A DNA stretch of 64,000 nucleotides from Harriotta raleighana (Eukaryota), in contig JBNZDD010013718.1 in NCBI GenBank assembly GCA_050575255.1, forward strand, positions 4,680,261-4,744,260, read 5' to 3'. Each line of letters opens with the position of its first letter. Within the stretch, counting starts at the first letter, position 1. The position numbers and the translations under genes were made by a program. This document shows positions 53,901-62,961 of this stretch, in pieces. The notes beneath the pieces are model-generated. The model was not told where the DNA came from, did no database searches, and was given only the letters and a program-made list of their open reading frames with translations.

Positions 53901-56900
53901 TTCAGGTATCTTAAGTAACCAGATTTTAAATATCATATTTCCGAAGTATTTCAGGAACGTTTTCCCTCTTTTCTAGAGGAAAATATTGTTTCACCAGTAT
54001 CGTACTCCGTTGTACAAGCCAATAATATAGCACTCCACTCAGCTCTTCTTGATATTAGTTGCATTTTGTAACTGTTTGACATAGCACAAGCCCAGATTCT
54101 AATGTTAGAAGAAGGTTCATTTATCTGATAGATAAGTGAAAGTAAAGGGCTGGCTTTCTCATGCGACTTTTCTAGGTATAAAGTAGGCTGAGTTGTTTGA
54201 AATTATGAATGCTGACAAATGCTGCATGTCAGAACCTTCGAAACACCCTGAGTACTTGATTAAATTGCTGTATTCTAGTTCTGATTATATTCCCCAGATC
54301 CCATGATCTGTTAGCCTCTGTGCTGCGTTCTTGTGAATCAAAACGATGAATTGTATTTTTTTAAATTCCATTTCTTTCTTGTTTCCTAATTTTTCATTCT
54401 TTCATTTGTAGTTCAGGCCAATAGACTGGGTGACGAAGAGTAATTTGTCCACAAGGTTCTCAGAAAAGAGAATATGCCTAGAGTGACTTTGCGCAGCATA
54501 AGGGGTGTGGGGAGTGGGAAGGATGGGATGGGGGGGGTTGAGGGGAGGTAGGACTTTGGGTAGTACCACATTAGTTAACTTCTAGTCAAATAGTATTCAA
54601 AGTGCATTAATAAAGTGCCTAAGTTACAATGACTCCCACTGGACCCCATAAGTTCATAGTGCTTTATGTATAAAGCAGCACACTGCTTCGGTATATTATT
54701 TGTAAGGCATTTGAGGGTTGCAAAATAGGGCTTCCATTATTTGATCTGCGTTATGCCTTTTCTCTGGCCAACTGAAATAACATGAAGTAATATGTTAAAA
54801 TGTCAAGGGTATAATCATGTTTTAAGTGTTTAAAAGCTATAAAGCTCAATTTAATATGAGCCAGTACAAGACTGTTTAGTACATTTGCTTTGCAATGAAT
54901 TAGAAAATGCCAATAATGTATTTTCCCATTAATTTTGCAGGATTACATTGCTTGGTTCTGCAAGACTTCAGATCCAGAACTTCTCTCGCCAAGATGCTGG
55001 CCTTTACGCATGTACAATATCGAGTGAATTGGGGACAGATACTGAAACATCATTACTGTTGTATTCAGGTCATTTGCAACTTACTTTTGTTAAACATTTC
55101 CTGGAATATAAATTAAGCTTTTAGCAATAAAAATCAGATGTCAGGAAATATTTTGAATATTTTGAATCCAGCGCCTTGGGACGTCCTCATGATGTGAAAG
55201 GAACTATACAAACGCTATATGTTATTGTTGATTTGTTTTATTATAACAATACAAATATTAGCATTTACTATACTGGCACCTATTGTGTTTTAAAACATTA
55301 ATAGAATTAATGATCATATTGTCTTTTTATATTATAATATCCCCATGCTAAAAATTTAATAACTCGTGTTGTTATATCAGATATATCCCATTATTTATTA
55401 CATAATTACATAAAACATCGGAAGGACATCCCATTGAATAAGTGCAAGTTATTTGGTATGGTATGTCACAGAGCAAAATATTGTGACTTCCTAATTTTAA
55501 AAGGTGGATTTATGAAATATAATGAAATATAAATGTTCTTTTTCTTACTCAGTCTTTCTCAATACAAGCAATACAATTTTCATTACACTTCAAGAAACAC
55601 TTTGTATTAAGGTATAATTATCCACCCAGACTATTCATTCATTATAATAATCCACAAAACTTTATTATGATAATTCTTGAATTCGATTCAGCATTTAAAC
55701 ATCAAATGCCTGAAAATGCTTGACAGTTTCTCTATGAAGTGTAGTGACTGTGTATTTGTAGGTGAATGTTGCAACTATTTTATGCACAGCAATATCCCGA
55801 AAATAGTCATGAAATGATTCCATAACTGTAATTTTCCCTTTGTTCTTCAGAAATCCCTGTTATCAAACTCTCCAGGGTAAATATCACAAACCTTACAACA
55901 TGGCATTTATCTGCAGTCGTTGGCAGTGCTATATTTACTCGACTTCAGGCAACAATTACAATTGAATGCCCAGCAGAAGNTCAAACTCTCCAGGGTAAAT
56001 ATCACAAACCTTACAACATGGCATTTATCTGCAGTCGTTGGCAGTGCTATATTTACTCGACTTCAGGCAACAATTACAATTGAATGTCCAGCAGAAGGTG
56101 TGTGTGTGTGTGTGTGTGTGCGTGGGGGAGGAGCTGGGCGATACAAGTATATATGTAATCTTTTCTGAATTTGCAATTTCTCACCTTAAAACGTAAGTCA
56201 TCTTTAGTGAACAATTGAACTATTAGGACAGTTTTAGTACTACATATAAATGTATTACAGTCTTGCAATTTGCCAAGATCCTGATTAATCTGTGGCATTG
56301 AAAGTGCAGCACCTTATGGGAACCGAAAAATCTTTGTCCTGGACCATTCATAGAACTTTTTTAAGCTTTGACTTCTGTTAAACCAGTGTAACCTGCTCGC
56401 TTTTCACTCTTGACACTGTACTGCTCAAATAATTTATCACACAATGTATCAGTTTCCTACACTGCACGTCTCCCACGGTTCTGCACGCAAATTGCATGTC
56501 TGTGGCTTCCACATAAGCACAAGGCATAGAACCGCATTGTTTATGCTGGACGATGGAAAAACCGGCTCATAAAATGACACTTGTAAGTTATGGGGCTCTT
56601 CCGACTTTTTACTGTCTTTGAAAAAGGGAAAATGATCTTATTGAAGGCATGTGCTCTTTCTGGATTTGATCAAATATGCAACCATGTGGAAGAATGCCCC
56701 CAATACTTTATTAAGCTTCCAACTGCTTGAAAGCAGTTCAAATACTTTGCGGTGGCAGTATACGCGGCACCAGAGGGAATATGGAAACAACTGTACATAC
56801 GCTGGGAAGTGCTGTACAGTACAGTGATGCTAAACCCAGTGTTGCTGTCATGTCAAAGTGACCAAGACACATTCAGGGTTGTTCAGATAAGGGCTGGAGG

Positions 56901-59900
56901 TCCACTTTGACACCAGTTGAACTATTTTCAGAGCTAACCATGTTGCCTCATTTAGAGAAAACACTGCTGTCTTGGGCAAGGTTTGTGGTAATACTGTAAA
57001 CAAAAGGGGGAACAAATAACAACACACTCATGTAATTGGGTTGGGTACCATAGTTTCTAACTGACTCACAAGGCTAATTCAGCTCACCATGTGTTGTTAT
57101 GTAAACAATATGTTAGACCAGATGCTGGCTTGGCTTGACAAATTATGTCAGGACCTTAATGCTCAATTTATTGTGTATTGCAATATGGAAACTGTCACTG
57201 TTGTGCCCCTTTGTGATAGGATTAATTGGTTCAAAAAGCTAGAAGTGGAGCTTTTTCCAGTCTGGTCAGTGTTTGAATTTCATAAATACTATTTTGCTGC
57301 AATCATGAACAAATTTTGCTGCTGTGGAGATACTTTAGATCATCATTAAAATGAGCAGTTTACTCAAATCGTTTTGGGTTGCGCTGTCCATAAAGTTAAT
57401 GCAGAGGCAAGATTATTTACTTTTCTTCAAGTTGGACAAGCAGACAGGAAAAAAATAAATCAAACTGAGAAATATTTGAGGAGATGAAATGAGATTGATA
57501 GCATTGAGGGTTTAACTTATTTATTACATAATCTTATAGAAGTGCATTTGTTTTAATAGGGATTTGCTGAGGTTTGACTCAGTTATATATGTGTAATATG
57601 AATCAGCTGAAGTTTGAAGGAATAATAAAAATTACTACTTAGAAACAAAAATCTTTCAACTATGTATACAACAGATGTGCACAAATGCAAAATATATTTT
57701 AGTTGAATAGTGACCTTTCACGAGAAAGGCATTGTGATATGCCAAGCGCCTCAATGTGCTATATCATAATGTGATACAATTTGTATAATTTGTGTGGCAG
57801 CTTTTTAAATTCAAAATTATGTACTGCCGACATCATTAGCAGCTGGAAACTTGTCCCTCTCAGCGTCAATGAAAATAGAACGAAAAAAATGATTAATGGT
57901 TTGCTTCTTGCTGTTCGGCTTCAACCATTTGATTTCTGTGTCAGAACTTAGAATTGCAACAGGGTTAAAATGCTGAGTTCAGTGTGCTACTCGAATGAAA
58001 AGTAGTCCAATGCAAAACAGAAGAAGAAACTCTCATGGACAGTTGGTCATTTTGGCAGCAAACATTTGTACCCATCTCAATTTCAGTCAGTCCTACATTT
58101 ACTGCAGGCTAACATTCTGGCTTGGTCTTTGCATACATTGTATTGCGCAGAAAAAATAAATCCAACTGAAATCTGCCATAATGAGTACTTTCTTTTGTAC
58201 CTTTATCCCACAGCCACTGTCCGACTGTTATTGGGAGGAATGTTAAATATAGTCCTAGTCATTAAACTAATGTTTGTTATAGATCTCTTAACTACTAGAA
58301 TGTCTCTGGTTATTTTCACTTTGGGTGCTTTCAATTTTTAGAATTATATTCCCTTTGTCTTGTTGCAAAAAAGTTATTTAGATCCGGTTTCATTCTGTTA
58401 ATAAACTATATGAATTACAATGCTATATAGCTGACAGATGGATGTAGTGGAACATATTTGTACATATGGATGTAATGGAACGAGGTTAAGAAACTTAGCC
58501 AAAAGAAACAGAAAGGCCTAATAATGAAGGTTTATACTTTAATGAGACTAAAGGTTAATACTTTTTTGACAGGTATTCCTAAACCCAAGATTATATGGCA
58601 GAAAAAGATTGGTTCCTTAGGCAATAATTCCGTTGTCCTTCAGAATGGAACTCTGGTGCTAACAAATGTGACACTTGCAAATCGTGGGACCTACTCTTGT
58701 ACAGCAGCAAATGATGTTGGGCAAGCAATCGCATCTTCATTTCTTAAATTTGCTAGTGAGTATCTTTAAAAACCTTACACCTTTCACATCAGGCATTGCC
58801 CTCTCCGCTTCAGAAAGAAATCTTTCCGCAAGAGATTGTAAAGGAGGAAAGTGGGTGAAAAATATGTATAAAAATACTAAAAGGTCATTAAATGCTCCAA
58901 AATTTTCCTTTAAGAGCCAAGAACATTTCCACCATCTGTGGCATCTCGTCGTGAGAAAGGAAGAAAGCGTGTCTTAATGGCATCCTGGGCTGGTTCTACC
59001 GTTACAGTCAAACGTGGTGATGTGTTACGAATAGGTAGGTTTGCACTTAACTATGTTTCACAAGGTACAATATAATTAGCATGAGGGATCACTATATAAT
59101 CATCTAACTGCAGCCAAGTTGTTTTAAAAATGTAAGGATTGTGTAAAGATGTAAAGATTAATCTCCTAAATTCATACTGATTGGTTTTGATGTGGATGAG
59201 TTTGAAGATTTCTGTGCTGATTTGAATGATTATGATCATGTAGCTTCATGGAATATTAATTTGAACAGTATCCTCGGAAAATAGGAATAAAAGGCTGGCT
59301 TCAGGCAAACCCAGCTAATGGGGAAACCAAGGTGGTGGCCTGAAAATCTTTGAACTGTCTTTGTTTGCTAACATTGTGTTGAAGTCCTGAGGTGCAGTGG
59401 GCAGACAGTCTTTAGGAATACTGCGGTTGCCAAAATGTAATATCTCATAACAGATCCTGTCGTACATTCCGTAAAGGTGGAAACTGCTGTGGAACATAGC
59501 ATTTTTCAACTCGACAGGAAATCAACGAGACTTTTCAAACCAATTTTGGAAATGGGGAAACTTCCTTCCACACGAGAGCACAGTGAACAGCACTGAAGCT
59601 GGCCTCATTAGCCCATCGGCAAAGTGTCCGACACCTGGAAACTCCTCCATTTATTCCGAGCTGTCAAACTGGAACAGACAATTAGAGCAGTCCCCTTTAT
59701 TACAGAGGTGAAAAGGTCCATGCACATAAAATGTGCTATTTAAAATGCTGCAGCAGGAGAAACTGCTTGGTTTTAATTACATCAGAGCAGCAACATCAGC
59801 AACCATCATGAGGAAATGTGTGATCTCCGGGTGAGAGCAGGCCCACCACATAAATACTCGTGGGCTTGTCTGTCTGAGGGCTGATGCATTCGTTTTTCAG

Positions 59901-62900
59901 CAATTTGCCTACTCATTAAAAAAATCTCTCCCTTCATTAGAGAGGTGTGTGTGTGTATATATATATGCATGTATACATGCATGGTTATACTTCATTTCCA
60001 TAGTTCTTTCATCACTTTTGCCGCACACACAGTGTTACAGTATTTTTCTAACAAAAATCAGTCTCATTAAAATATTACAAATGTCTATGATGTACATAGT
60101 ACTTTTTAAACCCGTTATTGCTGAGAGGACTAGATTGATTCTGCCTCTAATGTTCCATTTATGATCACCAGGGAGGCACCATGTCTCTTGAGTTTTATGC
60201 TGCTCAGATTCTGTTTTACTCTCCTTCCAAGTGTGCCTCAGGAATAATAATTAATATATTATGTTTATGATTTAAAATTCTATTGGAAATTTTCTAGAGC
60301 ATTCCAAGTCTCTGTTGGTTTGTAGAGTACTGAATGCATACCCATAATAATGTTGTTAATAACAATAATTAACCTAATGTAATAGTCATTTCACATTGGT
60401 CTAAACCTCGTTCTTCATATGTGTTCATTAGGGTGCCCAGTAACTGCTAAGTACAGAGCTACAGTGAGCTGGATCTTCAGGAACCAGTCCATTCAGGATA
60501 TTCCAGGCCTCGAATACAAAATACTAAATAGAGGAAGGGTTCTGGAAGTGAACACATCCTTTGACATGATGACCGAGCAGTACAAGTGTCTGATTCACAG
60601 TGATTCTCGAATTGTTTCTGCCTCCGTGAATGTGAACTTTGTAGGTATGCTCAGAATGCAATGCTTTTTTAAAATCATATTTCTTCGAATAAGGAATCAT
60701 AATAATCCTTGCAATTGATAGCGCACTATCATGACAGCGAGTCATCTCAAAGCGTTTCACAGGATACACTGCAAAGTGGTGTGGATGAGCAATGTGAATA
60801 TTTACTATTTATCTTATTAAATGCATGTGAGTGTGTTGGAAAAACTATAATGAGAATTTCGACACTGAAGCTTGGATTACTTTGGATCAAGTGCAGAACC
60901 CTGTTTTTGTCTCGCTGGAACTAGTTACTGTAAACAGGGAAAATGCTACAAAGAAATCTGTACGTTTTCAGTGATTCTTAAGCAAAGCAATTTTGTCTCT
61001 CTTTGTTCAAACAGTTAAACTGTCTGACAATTGTGGAAAGACAAATATGGTAAGAATTCTAATTTGCCGTTTAAGTGAATTTTGTGGTGAAAATGTAAAT
61101 ACACAAAACGCAAAATTAAATTGACCACGTTACAGTTTATAATCCCAGCCAACTGCTTTTTAAAATCACATACACACAAATATTGATATTATATGTACTG
61201 TAAATATAGTATATTTGAAGTATAATTCTGCTACTCAGTTGTGCTTATTGGAGTTTTACCTAACTTTCCTGTTGCCAAATTCAGATTGTATGTTCTGCTC
61301 CCACTGAGCTGCCGTTACCTCACAGTTTGTTTTTCTTCCACTCCCAGCACTGAATTTTGTCCTTTAGTTCATATTTTCTACAGCTGATAATCTTTCAAAG
61401 GGATTCATTAAACTGTATACATTCTATGTCTGTTGACAGATCCACGTTTATTAAGTTCACTTTTCAATTTAAAAAAAGGACCTTTTATTATGTTTATATG
61501 ACTTGAATTTCTGAGCCAAATTTTGGAATATGGATTCAATCATGTTTTAAATAATCATAATAATAATAACCCTTGTGTTGGTAGAGAGCCTTATCAGTTC
61601 ATTGTTACATCTCAAAGTGACTCATTTGAAAAAAAAAGTTGAAAGTGTTATGTGAGAATGGCAGGATGGGTATTCAGGAATGGTGAGATCAAATGGGTTG
61701 AAGTAACTTTTTCATATCCAAACCTCTTGTGATTTCCAGCAAGACTTGAGTTCTGTTTAACACACTGAAGGCTTTCATATGATTTCATCGTAGCAGCAGC
61801 ACAGCACAAAAAACTCTTTTCCAATTGAGCGGTGGGGAATGCTGGGTTTTGGATTTTTCCACCCAGATAGTTTATGAAAGTTAGAAACCGGAAATTGTTT
61901 TATGGGGCTTAATCCAGAACATTGTTTAGAACTCAAAATATTGTTTTTGTTCATGATTTGGTCCAATTCTCCTAAGGTAGTGAGCATAATGGTTATAAGA
62001 TCTAGCAGGAAAACTCAACCGCAGTATTTATTTCAATTTTTAAGTAGTATTCAAATAGCCCCCACAATATTTTAACAGTTTCAGATTTATTAAGAAATGT
62101 GTCTTAAATCATTGGTGTATGTGGGGGGACTGAATCCATCTGAGATCAGATGGGACAGATGCTTGTTTAATTAGATGAAAGAGCATAGGAGGTTTCTGAG
62201 TCATGCTGTCATCTGTGGGCCACATCTGGAGCGTCTCAGTTTGATCACAACAACACACATTCATTGACAAGCTACATGAGACACCTTTGAAAGTTAGAGA
62301 TTTATCTAACATTAATTCATTTGTTAAAGTCATCTCAGAAATGGATAAACTGAATGGCTTCCTTGTGCCAGTTATGACTCGCAAAATGCCTCATTGATTG
62401 TTGTTTGACTAACTTGACACATGTGAGTGAAGCAAATTTTTATGTGCTTTATAAAAATGTGAGAAAAGGCAATACTAAGCAGCATCCTGACTTCATATTC
62501 CAGAAAATGTGATGGATGAACTCCATCTCAGAGTATTTCTCCCATCCCCCTCCTTCCACTACCTCTGTAGATCCTGTAGCATATTGGAGTCGCACCACTT
62601 TAGAATTCAGGAAACAATTCATTACGTTGTGGAGGGAGTTTTGCCAATTTTTAAATTTTATCTATGGAAGATAAATATTAGCACTCGGGTGAGAAATTTA
62701 ACCTTCCATTTTTTAATCTAGTGCTGATATTCTCATTACCCAAGGTATCTTCCTTTTGTAATATTTCTCTCAAACAGATTTTACATGGACTCCTGGTGAA
62801 TGGACTTCCTGCACAGCAACCTGTGGGAACACAGGAATCCAGTACAGAAAAGTGCGCTGCCTTAATAGCCATGGAATTCAAATGAATGAGTCCACATGCC

Positions 62901-62961
62901 ATGAACTTCCTAAACTCCCATTAATTATCCAGCTCTGTAATGCACAAGATTGTCCTGCCAG
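1545..62961 (+). CDS. ADAMTSL3: ADAMTS-like protein 3 (punctin-2), partial multi-exon CDS: 23 exons, both ends outside the window
   Basis: Spliced exons give one continuous frame: TSR1 end, Cys-rich, spacer, TSRs, Ig1, linker, Ig2-Ig4, TSR. Motifs such as [43 protein letters not shown] and [13 protein letters not shown] match my recollection of ADAMTSL3 better than ADAMTSL1. Confidence 0.93.
3373..3416. repeat. Tandem repeat, 14-nt unit TTAGCTTGTAAAAA x3
   Basis: Read directly from the sequence. Confidence 0.9.
3983..4219 (+). CDS. ADAMTSL3: ADAMTSL3 exon, Cys-rich domain ([14 protein letters not shown]...MCISGICQ)
   Basis: Acceptor tttaaag, donor gtaagt, 237 nt; lies within ORF 3611-4333. 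Confidence 0.95.
5117..5842 (+). mobile_element. Non-autonomous TIR DNA transposon (Tc1/mariner, pogo/Tigger-like MITE), copy 1
   Basis: Reads TA|CAGTTAACCCTTGTCGA ... TCGCCAAAGGTTAACTT|TA. No transposase ORF. Colinear with the copies at 20.2 kb and 41.3 kb. Confidence 0.8.
6582..6775 (+). repeat. CT-rich polypyrimidine low-complexity tract
   Basis: About 190 nt of mostly C/T. Confidence 0.85.
6773..6905 (+). mobile_element. SINE 3' part
   Basis: tgtgtgcaattggctgctacgtttcgcccaca...caaatgcaaggattattattatt. Similar tail fragments occur near 12040, 12670, 23930, 25055, 25935, 27290, 34880, 46765, 55170, 55720 and 60700. Confidence 0.72.
7100..7277 (+). mobile_element. Degraded CR1 3' tail
   Basis: gagagcagggagtgggatag...ctctttacaaagagctgacacagac...aagattctatg resembles 23250-23350. 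Confidence 0.65.
9630..9756 (+). CDS. ADAMTSL3: ADAMTSL3 exon ([42 protein letters not shown])
   Basis: Acceptor ggcag, donor gtatgt, 127 nt; carries the ADAMTS Cys-rich GCD...DxCGxCxGDGSTC motif. Confidence 0.95.
10650..10724 (+). CDS. ADAMTSL3: ADAMTSL3 exon, spacer ([24 protein letters not shown])
   Basis: Acceptor cactcag, donor gtgagt, 75 nt, phase 1 to 1. Confidence 0.93.
11957..11988. repeat. (CT)n microsatellite
   Basis: Read directly from the sequence. Confidence 0.9.
13081..13238 (+). CDS. ADAMTSL3: ADAMTSL3 exon, spacer ([12 protein letters not shown]...[10 protein letters not shown])
   Basis: Acceptor tatttcag, donor gtactt, 158 nt. Confidence 0.93.
19261..19568 (-). mobile_element. 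Same tRNA-derived SINE, near full length
   Basis: Reverse-complement match to 37637-37940 from head to tail. Confidence 0.8.
20168..21002 (+). mobile_element. Same TIR element, copy 2
   Basis: Right end TCGACGAGGGTTAACTG|TA; left TIR degenerate; same internal modules. Confidence 0.8.
21301..21412 (+). CDS. ADAMTSL3: ADAMTSL3 exon ([37 protein letters not shown])
   Basis: Acceptor tttgcag, donor gtaaag, 112 nt. Confidence 0.95.
22126..22264 (+). CDS. ADAMTSL3: ADAMTSL3 exon, TSR ([12 protein letters not shown]...ECNMDHCPS)
   Basis: Acceptor cacttag, donor gtatgt, 139 nt. Confidence 0.94.
22345..22460 (-). mobile_element. CR1 3' tail fragment
   Basis: agcacagaagaaggccattcggcc...ctggctctatttaaagagcaatc resembles the reverse complement of the tail at 23280-23350. 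Confidence 0.65.
22810..23352 (+). mobile_element. CR1 LINE 3' fragment (ORF2 C-terminus plus 3' UTR)
   Basis: Translates to [33 protein letters not shown]...[24 protein letters not shown] with an internal stop; ends in the CR1-type tail gatgggctgaatggcctc...agattctatg. Confidence 0.9.
23623..23673 (+). CDS. ADAMTSL3: ADAMTSL3 small exon ([17 protein letters not shown])
   Basis: Acceptor cccacag, donor gtatgt, 51 nt, phase 2 to 2; not in the ORF track. Confidence 0.92.
25240..25444 (+). CDS. ADAMTSL3: ADAMTSL3 exon, TSR ([16 protein letters not shown]...WRAMEWSP)
   Basis: Acceptor taatcag, donor gtaaga, 205 nt. Confidence 0.95.
26174..26321 (+). CDS. ADAMTSL3: ADAMTSL3 exon, TSR ([27 protein letters not shown]...PCHKTK)
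   Basis: Acceptor cttgtag, donor gtaatt, 148 nt. Confidence 0.95.
26884..26968 (+). CDS. ADAMTSL3: ADAMTSL3 exon ([29 protein letters not shown])
   Basis: Acceptor tttccag, donor gtgagt, 85 nt. Confidence 0.93.
27626..27921 (+). CDS. ADAMTSL3: ADAMTSL3 exon, TSR ([16 protein letters not shown]...[16 protein letters not shown])
   Basis: Acceptor tttacag, donor gtaacg, 296 nt. Confidence 0.95.
28647..28776 (+). CDS. ADAMTSL3: ADAMTSL3 exon, TSR ([10 protein letters not shown]...CNVEPCPP)
   Basis: Acceptor ctgttag, donor gtatgt, 130 nt. Confidence 0.94.
28866..29768. repeat. 69-bp direct repeat (28866-28934 and 29700-29768)
   Basis: The two copies differ by one mismatch, with no N gap between them. 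Confidence 0.85.
29340..29690 (-). mobile_element. Degraded CR1 reverse transcriptase region
   Basis: aaatccatctgcca and atttatgaatagtatgaacagcaagggatcagac resemble antisense CR1 ORF2 (WQMDFN; LLFILFIN). Confidence 0.55.
33180..33810 (-). mobile_element. Degraded CR1 ORF2 fragment
   Basis: gtgcccaaagttgtacac...aaatgtggccttgc reads antisense as [13 protein letters not shown], a CR1 RPHLEYCVQFW-like motif. Confidence 0.6.
34485..34695 (+). CDS. ADAMTSL3: ADAMTSL3 exon, TSR ([24 protein letters not shown]...[17 protein letters not shown])
   Basis: Acceptor ttatcag, donor gtaaag, 211 nt; translated by hand, not in the ORF track. Confidence 0.94.
36121..36300 (+). CDS. ADAMTSL3: ADAMTSL3 exon, TSR ([16 protein letters not shown]...LALGGWSE)
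   Basis: Acceptor gatgcag, donor gtaaat, 180 nt. Confidence 0.95.
36717..36870 (+). CDS. ADAMTSL3: ADAMTSL3 exon, TSR ([16 protein letters not shown]...CNLPVCK)
   Basis: Acceptor cttccag, donor gtaagt, 154 nt. Confidence 0.94.
37060..37310 (+). mobile_element. Degraded L2 fragment
   Basis: gtcctcgccaagttccactggctccct encodes VLAKFHWLP, matching the L2 motif LxxLHWLP. Confidence 0.55.
37315..37480 (-). mobile_element. SINE 3' half
   Basis: ataatccttg...aaagcgcttcgcagaata...cacaaacagtcatggattgaagtgaccaat. Confidence 0.72.
37637..37940 (+). mobile_element. tRNA-derived SINE, near full length
   Basis: Head tcagtggttagaccactcgccttacaagcgagaggcctgggttcgtttcc with A/B-box-like motifs; L2-like tail gtgaagcgctttgagacgtc...atcaaatgcaag. 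Confidence 0.8.
39268..40384 (+). CDS. ADAMTSL3: ADAMTSL3 large exon: Ig-like domain 1, linker, first half of Ig-like domain 2
   Basis: Acceptor tttctag, donor gtacga, 1117 nt; within ORF 39255-40511, with Ig motifs KCP...WEKDG...DIGIYSC and LLC...WTKDG. Confidence 0.95.
40610..40860 (+). mobile_element. Highly degraded CR1 ORF2 C-terminus
   Basis: [22 protein letters not shown] resembles the CR1 motif YEERLxxLGLFSLEKRRLRGDL. Confidence 0.55.
41309..42444 (+). mobile_element. Same TIR element, copy 3 (longest minisatellite)
   Basis: Reads TA|CAGTTAACCCTCGTCGA ... TCGACGAGGGTTAATG|TA. Confidence 0.85.
43275..43705 (+). mobile_element. DeuSINE-like element (different tRNA head, Deu-like core, same L2-like tail)
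   Basis: Head tggtagcactcttgcctctcaatcagaagttataggttcaagccc; core tctttggatgagatgaaaaaccgaggt resembles the Deu domain as I recall it. Confidence 0.6.
44595..45350. mobile_element. Two degraded CR1 3' ends in opposite orientation (minus ~44595-44830; plus ~44940-45350)
   Basis: catagaacattacagcatggaaacaggc is an antisense tail; gggaagagcaggggaatgagatt...ggaatgaatggtc is a sense tail. Confidence 0.5.
45820..46168 (-). mobile_element. Same tRNA-derived SINE, near full length
   Basis: Head gcgagtggtctaaccactgagctaca and tail taataatccttgca, both antisense. Confidence 0.78.
47058..47640 (-). mobile_element. L2-clade LINE 3' fragment
   Basis: Antisense translation [15 protein letters not shown]...PISPILA and [13 protein letters not shown] matches the L2 ORF2 C-terminus; ends in a (TTG)n tail. 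Confidence 0.8.
54941..55068 (+). CDS. ADAMTSL3: ADAMTSL3 exon, second half of Ig2 ([42 protein letters not shown])
   Basis: Acceptor tttgcag, donor gtcatt, 128 nt; DxGxYxC motif; phase matches both neighbours. Confidence 0.92.
55851..55979 (+). CDS. ADAMTSL3: ADAMTSL3 exon, start of Ig3 ([13 protein letters not shown]...ITIECPAE); the donor appears after the duplicated copy ending at 56097
   Basis: Acceptor tcttcag, 129 nt. Followed by N at 55980, a 117-nt repeat of its 3' part (55981-56097), then the donor gtgtgt. Confidence 0.88.
56098..56120 (+). repeat. (GT)n microsatellite starting at the splice donor
   Basis: gcagaag|gtgtgtgtgtgtgtgtgtgtgtg. Confidence 0.9.
58573..58755 (+). CDS. ADAMTSL3: ADAMTSL3 exon, Ig3 ([11 protein letters not shown]...[13 protein letters not shown]...FA)
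   Basis: Acceptor ttgacag, donor gtgagt, 183 nt. Confidence 0.94.
58915..59034 (+). CDS. ADAMTSL3: ADAMTSL3 exon, linker and start of Ig4 ([40 protein letters not shown])
   Basis: Acceptor cctttaag, donor gtaggt, 120 nt, phase 1 to 1; joins the next exon to give the Ig B-strand LRIGCP. Confidence 0.85.
60432..60644 (+). CDS. ADAMTSL3: ADAMTSL3 exon, Ig4 ([14 protein letters not shown]...EQYKCL...VNVNFV)
   Basis: Acceptor tcattag, donor gtatgc, 213 nt; C...W...YxC Ig pattern. Confidence 0.88.
62778..62961 (+). CDS. ADAMTSL3: ADAMTSL3 exon, TSR ([22 protein letters not shown]...CNAQDCPA)
   Basis: Acceptor caaacag, donor gtatgc, 184 nt. Confidence 0.94.

Noticed and set aside
56370-56830. Possible large palindromic element (cactgtactg / cagtacagtg)
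   Set aside because: Only short complementary words match; I could not extend the alignment.
58814-58977. Alternative acceptor at 58813 (ccgcttcag) and ORF 58675-58977
   Set aside because: It would need a 58-nt intron and is out of frame with the Ig4 exon, stopping at 58977.
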